A stretch of DNA of 64,000 nucleotides, taken from contig CAYZCL010000053.1 of the NCBI GenBank assembly GCA_964476595.1, forward strand, positions 40,690 to 104,689, read 5' to 3'. Below, piece after piece: positions 11,204-19,982 of this stretch. The notes under the pieces are model-generated. The model was not told the origin of the DNA, searched no databases, and was given only the letters and a program-made list of their open reading frames with translations. A program made the translations under genes and the position numbers. Within the stretch, counting starts at the first letter, position 1. The number at the start of each line of letters is the position of its first letter. The stretch comes from an uncultured Desulfobacteraceae bacterium (GTDB taxonomy: Bacteria > Desulfobacterota > Desulfobacteria > Desulfobacterales > JALSRD01).

Positions 11204-12592
11204 ATGACAACCGATGGAAATCTGCACCTCGGGCGGCAGCGCGATTTTCTGCAGGCCGTGTTGAATGCCACCGACATCGGCATCCTGGTGGTCGACCGAA
11301 GCGGTCCGGTGCTGTTCACCAACGACCGCCTGTCCGAAGTATGGAACTATTCCGGAGCGCTGGCGGATGGGCGGCAATACGGACAGCCGTTGCTTCGGCA
11401 CATGCTGGGGCAGCTGAAAGAACCGGGGGTCCTGTCGTCGGACCCGGGTGCTTTCGGCCGCATTTCCGCGCAGATGGCGGCCGAGGCGGAACTCAAAGAC
11501 GGCCGCGTGCTGGAGATCCTCGCCGGACCGTTGGTTATCGACGGGCTGGCCACCGGTGGTGTCTACCAGTTCCGGGATGTCACCGAACGCTGTGAGGCCG
11601 CCGGGGCGCTGCGGGAGCGGGAAGCCTACTACCGGGAGGAGAACCGGCGTCTGCGGGCGGGCATGGGGGAGCGCTGGCGGCTCGGCGGCATGATCGGGAA
11701 GAGCCCGGCGATGCAGGCCGTCTTCGAAGGCGTTCTCAGGGCCGCGGCCTCCGACGCCGCCGTGCTGATCACCGGCGAGGCGGGCACCGGCAGGGAACTG
11801 GCCGCACGGACCATCCACGACCTGAGCGATCGCCGGGGGGCACCTTTCCGGGTGGTGGCATGCGGGAGCCTTGACGAGGCTGCGCCGCGGGGGGGAAATG
11901 CAAAGCGGAACGGAAACGGCAGGCGGGCGCCCGACGGCGGGTTGAACGGCCTGATGGACATGGCCCCGGGAGGGACTCTTTTCCTGGACGAGGCGGAGCG
12001 GGCCGGGCTGGAAACCCAGCGCCGGCTCCTGCGTGTCCTTGACGGCGGCGCCGGAAACCCGGGTGTTCGCCTGATCGCCGGCAGCCGCCGGGATCTCTCG
12101 GCGCTGGTGGAAAACGGCGCCATGCGCCGTGACTTTTTCTATCGCATCCAGACACTCGCCATCCACCTGCCGCCGCTGCGTGAACGCAGGGAGGACATCC
12201 CGCTGCTGGTCGACCATTTTCTCCGGCAGCTCGGCGACACCCAGGACCGGGGAGCGGTCATGGGCGCCGTTCTCGCTGAGATGATGCGGCGTGACTGGCC
12301 GGAAAACGTCCGCGAGTTGAAGCAGGCGCTGCGGCGTTTTCTGAACGACCGGGCGGAAGCGCAAACATCGGCGACGGCCGCAGCGACGGGGGCCGACACG
12401 CTCGGGGGGGTATTGCGGGAAGCGTCGGGTGACGCCTATCGCATCGCCATGGAGAACTTCGAAAAAAGCCTGTTCCTGAAGGCTCTGGAACGCCACCGCT
12501 GGCATCGGGCGGAAGCCGCCCGGGCACTGGGGCTTCCGTTGAGAACCTTTTACCGCAAGATGCAGCGCCTGGGTCTGAGTCGGCGCAAATAG
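11204..12592 (+). CDS. PAS-domain regulator with degenerate sigma-54-activator (AAA+) core and Fis-type HTH
   Basis: Start at ATG 11204 after an AAGAGAGG RBS. Walker A reads GEAGTGRE (Lys replaced by Arg). No GAFTGA; the region reads APRGGNAKRNGNGRRAPDGG. GGTLFLDEAE, LPPLRERREDIPLL and the C-terminal HTH (AARALGLPLRTFYRKM) are retained. Confidence 0.75.
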   Translation: MTTDGNLHLGRQRDFLQAVLNATDIGILVVDRSGPVLFTNDRLSEVWNYSGALADGRQYGQPLLRHMLGQLKEPGVLSSDPGAFGRISAQMAAEAELKDGRVLEILAGPLVIDGLATGGVYQFRDVTERCEAAGALREREAYYREENRRLRAGMGERWRLGGMIGKSPAMQAVFEGVLRAAASDAAVLITGEAGTGRELAARTIHDLSDRRGAPFRVVACGSLDEAAPRGGNAKRNGNGRRAPDGGLNGLMDMAPGGTLFLDEAERAGLETQRRLLRVLDGGAGNPGVRLIAGSRRDLSALVENGAMRRDFFYRIQTLAIHLPPLRERREDIPLLVDHFLRQLGDTQDRGAVMGAVLAEMMRRDWPENVRELKQALRRFLNDRAEAQTSATAAATGADTLGGVLREASGDAYRIAMENFEKSLFLKALERHRWHRAEAARALGLPLRTFYRKMQRLGLSRRK

Positions 12593-12959
12593 TGCCGTTT
12601 CCGGCATAAAAAGGTCGCTTGTGGTCCCCCGGTGGTGTTCCGGAGAGATGTGCCAGATGCGGCAGTCAGGCCTTCTCGTGCCGCTTCGGCAGGGACCTTT
12701 TTCTGCGGCTGGTTGGGGTACAACCCGTTGGAAGAATGCCGATTCCGGCATTCGATCCTGGGGGGCGCCTTTTACCGTCCGCAGGCCGCACCGCGCGGGG
12801 GCGCCGCCGCCCTTTCGACACCGGGCCTGCCCCCGGGCCATCTTCCAATTGCTTTTTCCAAAAAACCTGTTGTAAAGTCCCCTATCAGGACGTGCCCCGC
12901 GGGTGACGGCATCCGCGGAGCCATGACCCAGGACCGAAAGCACAGGAGAGAGTTGAACC

Positions 12960-14061
12960 ATGTCCGTGGAACTGAAACAGACCGTCAAGGAGCTCAAGGA
13001 AAAACTGGAACAAATGAAGGAGTATCTTTGACCTGGCCGGCAAAGAAAAACGGCTGGCCGAAATCGAACAGCTGACCGCCAAGGCCGACTTCTGGGAAGA
13101 CCAGGAAAAAGCCACCGCCGTGCTCAAGGAGCGGCGCCTGATCGCCAGTAAGGTGGAGACCTTCCGGCAACTGGAGACCGATCTGGAAGACAGCGAGGTG
13201 CTGTTGGAGCTGGCCCTCGACGAGCACGAGGAGGATGCCCTGCAGGAGGCCGCCGGGCAGATCGCCGACATCGAAAAGCGTGTCGACCAGTTCTCCTTCG
13301 ATCTCATGCTCGATGACCCCGAGGATCCCAGCAACGCCATTGTCTCCATCAATGCCGGCGCCGGCGGCACCGAGGCCCAGGACTGGGCCGAAATGCTATT
13401 TCGCATGTACATGCGCTGGGTGGAGCACAAGGGGTTTTCGGCCAAGGTGCTGGACATGCAGCCCGGCGACGAAGCGGGCATCAAGAGCGTGACCTTCACC
13501 GTCACCGGCGACTACGCCTACGGTTACCTGAAAACCGAACGCGGGGTGCACCGCCTGGTGCGCATCTCGCCCTTCAATGCCAGCGGCAAGCGACACACCT
13601 CCTTCGCGTCGGTCTTCGTCTATCCCGAGCTGGACAACGAGATCGTGGTGGAGATCGACGAAAAAGACCTGCGGGTGGACGTCTTTCGCGCCAGCGGTGC
13701 CGGTGGACAGCACGTCAACAAGACCAGCAGCGCGGTGCGCATCACGCACCTGCCCACGGGCATCGTGGTGCAGTGCCAGCAGGAGAAATCCCAGCACCGC
13801 AACCGCGACCTGGCCATGAAGGTGCTCAAGTCCCGGCTCTACCAGCTGGAGAAACAGAAGCAGCGGGAGAAGATGCAGGAGATTCACGACAGCAAGGACG
13901 ACATCGCCTGGGGCAGCCAGATCCGGTCGTACGTGCTGCACCCTTACCAGATGGTCAAGGACCACCGCACCAACTTGGAAGTCGGCAACGTCAACGGTGT
14001 GCTGGACGGAGACCTGGACCCCTTTATCGAGAGCATGCTGCTGCTGGAGCAGCGCAAGTAG
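12960..14061 (+). CDS. prfB: Peptide chain release factor 2, with programmed +1 ribosomal frameshift (join 12960..13028, 13030..14061)
   Basis: Short frame-0 ORF MSVELKQTVKELKEKLEQMKEYL ends at an in-frame TGA (13029..13031) within AAGGAG-TAT-CTT-TGA-C. The +1 frame continues into ORF 13120..14061, which carries SPF (RISPFNASG) and GGQ (SGAGGQHVNKT) motifs. Confidence 0.9.
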
Positions 14062-14086
14062 CGACGGGCCGAGAGAGGCGATTGCG

Positions 14087-15466
14087 ATGATGAAAGATCT
14101 GACGGAAGAACAGCGCAGGGCATTGGCGGAGATGACCGCCCCGGACCGGTTTTCCACGGGGGACTCCAACCGCGAGCTGCACCGCTTCGACTTTTCCCAC
14201 CACCGGGGCGTGCCGCCGGCCGGCGTCATCTGGCCGCTGTCCACCGAGGAGGTCTCCCGTATCCTGACCTGGTGTTACGCGCAGAAGGTGGCGGTGTTCC
14301 CCTGGGGGGCCGGCACCAGCATCGAGGGAAACCCGGTGCCCACCTGTCCCGGGCTGGTGATGGACCTGACGCGCATGGACCGGGTGCTGGCCATCCGCCC
14401 CGAGGACCTGCAGGCCGACGTGCAGCCCGGCGTGCTGCGGCGTTCGCTCAACCGTGAAGCCGGCCGCCACGGACTTTTCTTTCCCCCCGACCCGGGGGCC
14501 GACGCCACCATCGGCGGCATGATCGCCAACAACGCCTCGGGGGTGCGCACCGTCAAATACGGCGCCACCCGGGACTACGTCCTGCGCCTGACCGTGGTGT
14601 TGCCCCGGGGCGACGTGATTCACACCGGCTGCCGGGCGCCCAAGTCGTCTTCGGGATACGACCTGACACGGCTGTTCGTGGGTTCCGAAGGCACCCTGGG
14701 CGTGGTCACCGAGGCCACCCTGCGGCTGACGGGCATCCCCGCCCACCACCTGTCGGCGGTGGTCACTTTCAGGGAATTGCACGATGCCTCCAAAGCCGTG
14801 GCCATGCTCATTGCCTCCGGGCTGGATCCCGCGGCCCTGGAGCTCCTGCCGGCCAACCTGATCGCGCTGATCAACCGCGAAAAGGGACTGGGCCTACCCG
14901 AAATGCCGTCGCTTTTCTGTGAGTTTCACGGGGTCAGTCCCGCGGCGCTGGAAGAAACCGCCGCCCTGGCGAAAGAGGTCTGCGAGGACTGCGGGGCCAC
15001 CGATTTCAAGAGCGGGGTTTCGGCCGCCGAACGCCAGCGCCTGTGGCAGGCGCGCCACGAGGCCGCGGAAACCATCCTGCGTGCCCATCCCGGCGACAAG
15101 TCGCTGACCGTGGACGCCGCCGTGCCCATTTCACTGTACCCCGAGATGATCCTCTTCGCCCAGCAGGTGGTGGCCGAAGAGGGCGTCGTGGGGTACGTTT
15201 TCGGCCACGCCGGCGACGGCAACCTGCACGTGGTCATGCCCGGCAACCCCGAAGACACGGAGACCTGGTCCCACGTGGAGGCCGTCAACGAACGCATCGT
15301 CAAACGGGCCGTGGACCTAGGCGGCACCTGCACCGGGGAACACGGCATCGGCATCGGCAAGCGCAGGTTCATGCGGCGCGAACACGGCGACAGCTATGAC
15401 CTCATGCGCCGCATCAAGGAACTGATGGATCCCAAAAACCTGATGAACCCGGGAAAGATGTTCTGA
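14087..15466 (+). CDS. FAD-linked oxidase (GlcD / D-lactate dehydrogenase family)
   Basis: Start trimmed to ATG 14087, after the prfB stop. FAD_binding_4-type region (VFPWGAGTSIEGN), C-terminal oxidase domain, HGIGIGKRRFM motif. Confidence 0.8.
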   Translation: MMKDLTEEQRRALAEMTAPDRFSTGDSNRELHRFDFSHHRGVPPAGVIWPLSTEEVSRILTWCYAQKVAVFPWGAGTSIEGNPVPTCPGLVMDLTRMDRVLAIRPEDLQADVQPGVLRRSLNREAGRHGLFFPPDPGADATIGGMIANNASGVRTVKYGATRDYVLRLTVVLPRGDVIHTGCRAPKSSSGYDLTRLFVGSEGTLGVVTEATLRLTGIPAHHLSAVVTFRELHDASKAVAMLIASGLDPAALELLPANLIALINREKGLGLPEMPSLFCEFHGVSPAALEETAALAKEVCEDCGATDFKSGVSAAERQRLWQARHEAAETILRAHPGDKSLTVDAAVPISLYPEMILFAQQVVAEEGVVGYVFGHAGDGNLHVVMPGNPEDTETWSHVEAVNERIVKRAVDLGGTCTGEHGIGIGKRRFMRREHGDSYDLMRRIKELMDPKNLMNPGKMF

Positions 15467-15530
15467 CCGCCATGCGTGCGCACAGGCTTTGTTTCTGTCG
15501 GCGTTTTCCGGGCCGGCCGGAGATGCGGCC

Positions 15531-16811
15531 ATGACGATCGTGGAAATTCCCTTTGGCGGAGAACCGCTCGCCTTCGAGGTGCCCGCCGGAAACCTGGCCC
15601 GGGTTCTCCACCCGGCGGCGGCGGTGCCGCTGGCCGACCTGGATACGGAGATCGGCAGGGCGCTGGACCACCCCATCGGACAGCCGCCGCTGTCGCGGCG
15701 GGTCAGGCCCGGGGACCGGGTGGTGCTGGTGAGCGACGACAACACCCGGTTGACGCCGACCGACCGCATCCTGCCGCCCCTGCTGGAGCGCCTCAACGCT
15801 GCCGGTGTCCCCGACGCAAACATCACCTGCCTCATGGCCCTGGGGACCCACCGTTACATGACCGAAGAGGAAATGATCGCCAAGGTGGGCCGGGCGGTGT
15901 TCGGGCGCATCCGGGTGCGCAACCACCGCTGGCAGGATCCCGGAGAACTGGCCGACCTCGGCGTTTCCGCCCTGGGCACCCCCATCGAGATCAACCGGCA
16001 CGTGGCGGCCGCCGACGTGGTCATCGGCATCGGCGCCATCGTGCCGCACCACATTCCCGGCTACAGCGGCGGGTCCAAGATCATCCAGCCGGGCGTCTGC
16101 GGCCCCCGGACCACGGCGCACACCCACATGCTCTCGTGCGAGGGCGGCGGGGATTCCTTCCTCGGCATCGAGGACAACCCCGTGCGCCGCGACATGGACG
16201 ACATGGCCGACCGGGTGGGGATGGAAACCATTTTCAACGTGGTCATGGACCCCGCCGGCGCGGTTGCTGGCATTTTTTTCGGCGACGTGCGTGCGGCTTT
16301 CCGGGAAGGCGTACGGCTGGCGCGCCGCATCTACGGGGTGCCTTACCGGGAGACCCCTGACATCGTGGTGGCCAACTCGCACCCCTGCGACCTGGATTTC
16401 TGGCAGTCGCACAAGGCCCAGTACCCGGCCCAGCGCATGGTCCGTCCGGGTGGCACCATCATTTTATGCACGCCGGCCCCGGAAGGGGTCAGCCCGGTGC
16501 ACCGTGAACTGCTGGACTACACGGCCTGGCCCTCGGAGAAGATCAAGGCCGCCTACCGTCGGGGAGAGCTGGAAAACGGCGTGGCCGCCGCCCTGGCCGT
16601 GGCCTGGGCCATGGTGCGCGAAAAGGCCGAAGTCATCATGGTGTCACCCGGCATCTCACCCGAGGACAAACGGCGGCTGGGTCACACCCACGCGCCCGAC
16701 GTCCCTGCGGCGCTCGAGATGGCTTTCGAGTGCCAGGGCCCCGCGGCCCGTGTGACCGTGCTGACCCACGCCCCGGACCTGCTCCCCGTCAAAGTCGATG
16801 GAGAACCCTGA
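15531..16811 (+). CDS. LarA-family nickel-pincer-dependent 2-hydroxyacid racemase/epimerase homolog
   Basis: Start at ATG 15531 (MTIVEIPFG). DDNTRLTP, ALGTHR, and IVPHHIPGYSGGSKII...AHTH match the LarA catalytic His / Lys-tether / His pattern. Confidence 0.75.
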   Translation: MTIVEIPFGGEPLAFEVPAGNLARVLHPAAAVPLADLDTEIGRALDHPIGQPPLSRRVRPGDRVVLVSDDNTRLTPTDRILPPLLERLNAAGVPDANITCLMALGTHRYMTEEEMIAKVGRAVFGRIRVRNHRWQDPGELADLGVSALGTPIEINRHVAAADVVIGIGAIVPHHIPGYSGGSKIIQPGVCGPRTTAHTHMLSCEGGGDSFLGIEDNPVRRDMDDMADRVGMETIFNVVMDPAGAVAGIFFGDVRAAFREGVRLARRIYGVPYRETPDIVVANSHPCDLDFWQSHKAQYPAQRMVRPGGTIILCTPAPEGVSPVHRELLDYTAWPSEKIKAAYRRGELENGVAAALAVAWAMVREKAEVIMVSPGISPEDKRRLGHTHAPDVPAALEMAFECQGPAARVTVLTHAPDLLPVKVDGEP

Positions 16812-16856
16812 GAGCCGCACGGCGGCCGACTCACCTGCAAAGGAGGCGATCGATTC

Positions 16857-17882
16857 ATGTCTGCATCCCAACGCCCGTTGCTGGGCATCACCATGGGCGA
16901 CCCCGGCGGGATCGGTCCCGAGATCTGCGTCAAGGCCCTGGCGCGTGACGATATCTACCGGATCTGCCGGCCGCTGATCATCGGGGATGCGCAGATCCTG
17001 CGCAACGCCGCCGATTTCTGCGACGGCCCCGGCGACATCCGGGCCTGCCGCCGTCCCGCGGAGGGCCGTTACGCCCACGGCGGCATCGACGTGCTGGACC
17101 TGGCGAACCTGCCGCTTGCGCGACTGCGGCACAAGACGGTCACCGCCGAACAGGGACGGGCGTCTTTCGAGTACGTCAAAACGGTCATCGAACTGGCTTT
17201 GGCCGGCGATCTGGACGGCACGGTGACGGGCCCCATCAACAAGGAGGCCATCAACGCCGCCGGGTTCCACTACGCCGGGCACACCGAGATCTACGCCGAG
17301 CTGACCGGCACCCGCGACTATGCCATGATGCTGGCCGACAAGTCCTTCCGCGTGGTGCACGTATCCACCCACGTCTCTCTGCGCGAGGCCTGCGACCGGG
17401 TGAAAAAGAGGCGCGTGGAGACGGTCATCGACCTGACCCACGATGCGCTGCAGCGGCTGGGCATCGCGGCGCCGGTCATCGCCGTGGCCGGCCTCAACCC
17501 CCACTGCGGGGAGGGCGGCATGTTCGGCCACGAGGACGACCGCGAGATCGCGCCGGCGGTCGAGGCCGCCGCGGAGCGCGGCCTGCGGGTGGAGGGGCCC
17601 GTGCCGGCGGATACTGTGTTCTCCAAGATGCTGGGCGGCATGTACGATGCCGTGGTGGTCATGTACCACGACCAGGGTCACATCCCGGCCAAACTGGTGG
17701 GGTTTCGCTACAACGACCGCACCGGCGCCTGGGAGAACATGGCCGGCGTCAATGTCACCCTGGGGCTGCCCATCGTGCGCACATCGGTGGACCACGGCAC
17801 GGCCTTCGGCAAGGCCGGCGAGGGGCGTGCCAACCCCCAGTCCATGATCGAGGCCATCCGGCTGGCCGCCCAACTGGTCTGA
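16857..17882 (+). CDS. PdxA-family NAD-dependent 4-hydroxy(phospho)acid dehydrogenase
   Basis: ITMGDPGGIGPEI N-terminus, FHYAGHTE, YHDQGHIPAK and SVDHGTAFG metal-binding His motifs. AGGAGG RBS. Confidence 0.8.
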   Translation: MSASQRPLLGITMGDPGGIGPEICVKALARDDIYRICRPLIIGDAQILRNAADFCDGPGDIRACRRPAEGRYAHGGIDVLDLANLPLARLRHKTVTAEQGRASFEYVKTVIELALAGDLDGTVTGPINKEAINAAGFHYAGHTEIYAELTGTRDYAMMLADKSFRVVHVSTHVSLREACDRVKKRRVETVIDLTHDALQRLGIAAPVIAVAGLNPHCGEGGMFGHEDDREIAPAVEAAAERGLRVEGPVPADTVFSKMLGGMYDAVVVMYHDQGHIPAKLVGFRYNDRTGAWENMAGVNVTLGLPIVRTSVDHGTAFGKAGEGRANPQSMIEAIRLAAQLV

Positions 17883-17903
17883 GCTGTGTGGGGACCTGCG
17901 ATC

Positions 17904-18452
17904 ATGGATGCCGAAGCCCTGCTCAGCGCCCACTACCCGACGTCATCGAAGGCCTGGCGTATCCTTGTGGATCACGGGCGTCAGGTGGCGCGGAAGGCCT
18001 TGCGGGCCGCCGCGGCCGTGGGGCACCTGTCGCCGGACACCGTGTTCATCCGCCAGGCCGCCCTGTTGCACGACATTGGTATCCGCTACACCGACGCCCC
18101 CGGGTTGGGCTGCACGGGAAAATACCCTTACATCTGCCACGGCTACCTGGGGCGCGAACTGCTGGAAAAAGAGGGCTTTCCCCGCCACGCGCTGGTCTGC
18201 GAACGCCACGTGGGCGTGGGCATCTCGCGCGGGGACATCATCCGCCAGGGGCTTCCCCTGCCCCTGCGCGACATGCTGCCCGTGACCATCGAGGAGCAGA
18301 TCGTGTGCTACGCCGACAAATTTTTCTCCAAGAGCGGCGACGAGCCGGCAAGGGAGAAGAGCGTGACCGAAATCGCCCGCGGGCTCTCGCGCCACGGGGC
18401 CGACAAGGCCGAGAAGTTCCTGCGCTGGGCCGCGCTGTTTGGCGACGCCTGA
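17904..18452 (+). CDS. HD-domain phosphohydrolase
   Basis: AALLHDIG HD motif with downstream His/Asp residues. Start uncertain: 17886 alternative codon or ATG 17904. Confidence 0.65.
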   Translation: MDAEALLSAHYPTSSKAWRILVDHGRQVARKALRAAAAVGHLSPDTVFIRQAALLHDIGIRYTDAPGLGCTGKYPYICHGYLGRELLEKEGFPRHALVCERHVGVGISRGDIIRQGLPLPLRDMLPVTIEEQIVCYADKFFSKSGDEPAREKSVTEIARGLSRHGADKAEKFLRWAALFGDA

Positions 18453-18456
18453 ACCC

Positions 18457-18493
18457 AAAAAAAGGCCGCCGGCAGGTGATCCCGCCGACGGCC
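18457..18493 (-). terminator. Rho-independent terminator downstream of nfnB
   Basis: On the minus strand, GGCCGUCGGC-loop-GCCGGCGGCC (10-bp stem, one G.U pair) is followed by U7 (A7 at 18457..18463 on the plus strand). It starts 29 nt after the nfnB stop. Confidence 0.7.
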
Positions 18494-18521
18494 CGATGGC
18501 TTGGTATTGATTTGTTTGCGG

Positions 18522-19934
18522 CTACCAGCCCCAGGTCAGGTACTCGTGGATGGAATCGGCGGCCTTGCGGCCGGCGCCCATGGCCAGGATGACGGTGGCC
18601 GCGCCGGTGACGATGTCGCCGCCGGCCCACACGCCGCGGCGCGTGGTCTTGCCGGTCTCCGGCTGGGCCAGGATGTAGCCCCACTTGTTGAGCTCCAGTC
18701 CCGTGGTGGTCTCGGTGAGCAGCGGGTTGGCGCCGGAGCCCACGGCCACGATGGCCAGGTCGCACTCCAGCTCGAACTCCGAGCCCTCGATGGGCACCGG
18801 ACGGCGGCGGCCGGACTCGTCCGGTTCGCCCAGTTCCATGCGCAGGCACTCCATGCCCGTCAGGTGGCCCTTTTCGTCACCCAGGTAGCGGGTGGGGTTG
18901 GTCAGCAGGAAGAACTCGATGCCCTCTTCCTCGGCGTGGTGGATCTCGGCGGCGCGGGCCGGCATCTCCTCGCGCGAACGGCGGTAGACGATGCGCACGC
19001 GGTCGGCGCCCAGGCGCATGGCCGTGCGCGCCGAGTCCATGGCCACGTTGCCGGCGCCCAGCACCACCACGTCTTTGCCCTTGGGTACGGGGGTGTCGTA
19101 CTTGGGGAACAGGTAGCCCTTCATCAGGTTGGTGCGCGTCAGGTACTCGTTGGCCGAGAGTACGCCGATGAGGTTTTCGCCGGGAATGTTGAGAAAGCGC
19201 GGCAGCCCCGCGCCCACACCCACGTAAACCGCGTCGTAGCCCTGCTCGAAGAGTTCGTCCACGGTCACCGAACGGCCCACCACCGCGTTGCAGACCACCT
19301 CGACACCCTGTTTCTCCAGCGTGTGGATCTCCTGGGCCACGATGTCCTTGGGCAGCCGGAACTCGGGAATGCCGTAGACCAGCACGCCGCCGGGTTTGTG
19401 GAAGGCCTCCAGCACGGTGACCTCGTGCCCCTTGGCGATCAGGTCGCCGGCCACGGTGAGGCCCGAGGGGCCCGATCCCACCACGGCCACTTTCTTGCCG
19501 GTGGGCTTGGCGCGGGCCGGCAGCGTGCCGGTCCCGTGTTCGCGCTCCCAGTCAGCCGCGAAGCGCTCGAGGTTTCCGATGGCCACCGGTTCACCCTTCT
19601 TGGCCAGGATACAGTTGCCCTCGCACTGCAGCTCCTGGGGACAGACCCGACCGCAGACCGCCGGCAGGGCGTTCTTGGTCCACAGGTTGTGGGCGGCGCC
19701 GGAGAAGTCGCCCTCCAGGATCAGGTGGATGAAGCCGGGGATGTCCACGCTCACCGGGCATCCCTTGACGCAGCCGGGGTTGCGGCACTGCAGGCAGCGG
19801 GCGGCCTCCTCCCGGGCCAGCTCGGGGGTGTAACCCAGGGGTACTTCGTCGAAATTACGGCGTCTGATTTCAGGTTTCTGCTCCGGCATGGGCTGCCGGG
19901 GGATCTTTTTCTTCTTTGAAGACTGTTGAGCCAT
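18522..19934 (-). CDS. nfnB: NADPH-dependent oxidoreductase large subunit (NfnB / GltD / SudA family)
   Basis: N-terminal Cys clusters (CLQCRNPGCVKGCP...CPQELQCEGNC) and two Rossmann motifs (VAVVGSGPSG, VVVLGAGNVAMD). The second ATG is chosen because AGGAGG abuts the first. Confidence 0.8.
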   Translation of the reverse strand: MAQQSSKKKKIPRQPMPEQKPEIRRRNFDEVPLGYTPELAREEAARCLQCRNPGCVKGCPVSVDIPGFIHLILEGDFSGAAHNLWTKNALPAVCGRVCPQELQCEGNCILAKKGEPVAIGNLERFAADWEREHGTGTLPARAKPTGKKVAVVGSGPSGLTVAGDLIAKGHEVTVLEAFHKPGGVLVYGIPEFRLPKDIVAQEIHTLEKQGVEVVCNAVVGRSVTVDELFEQGYDAVYVGVGAGLPRFLNIPGENLIGVLSANEYLTRTNLMKGYLFPKYDTPVPKGKDVVVLGAGNVAMDSARTAMRLGADRVRIVYRRSREEMPARAAEIHHAEEEGIEFFLLTNPTRYLGDEKGHLTGMECLRMELGEPDESGRRRPVPIEGSEFELECDLAIVAVGSGANPLLTETTTGLELNKWGYILAQPETGKTTRRGVWAGGDIVTGAATVILAMGAGRKAADSIHEYLTWGW

Positions 19935-19982
19935 GGTCATTCCTCCTGGGGCTGGTAAAATACCGTCTGGCGGCGCGCCGTC

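Noticed and set aside
10976-12997. 673-aa minus-strand ORF opposite the degenerate regulator and its flanking intergenic regions
   Set aside because: It runs straight through two intergenic regions and is antisense to a recognisable PAS-AAA+-HTH gene. It has Pro/Arg/Gly-rich composition, no RBS and no motif.
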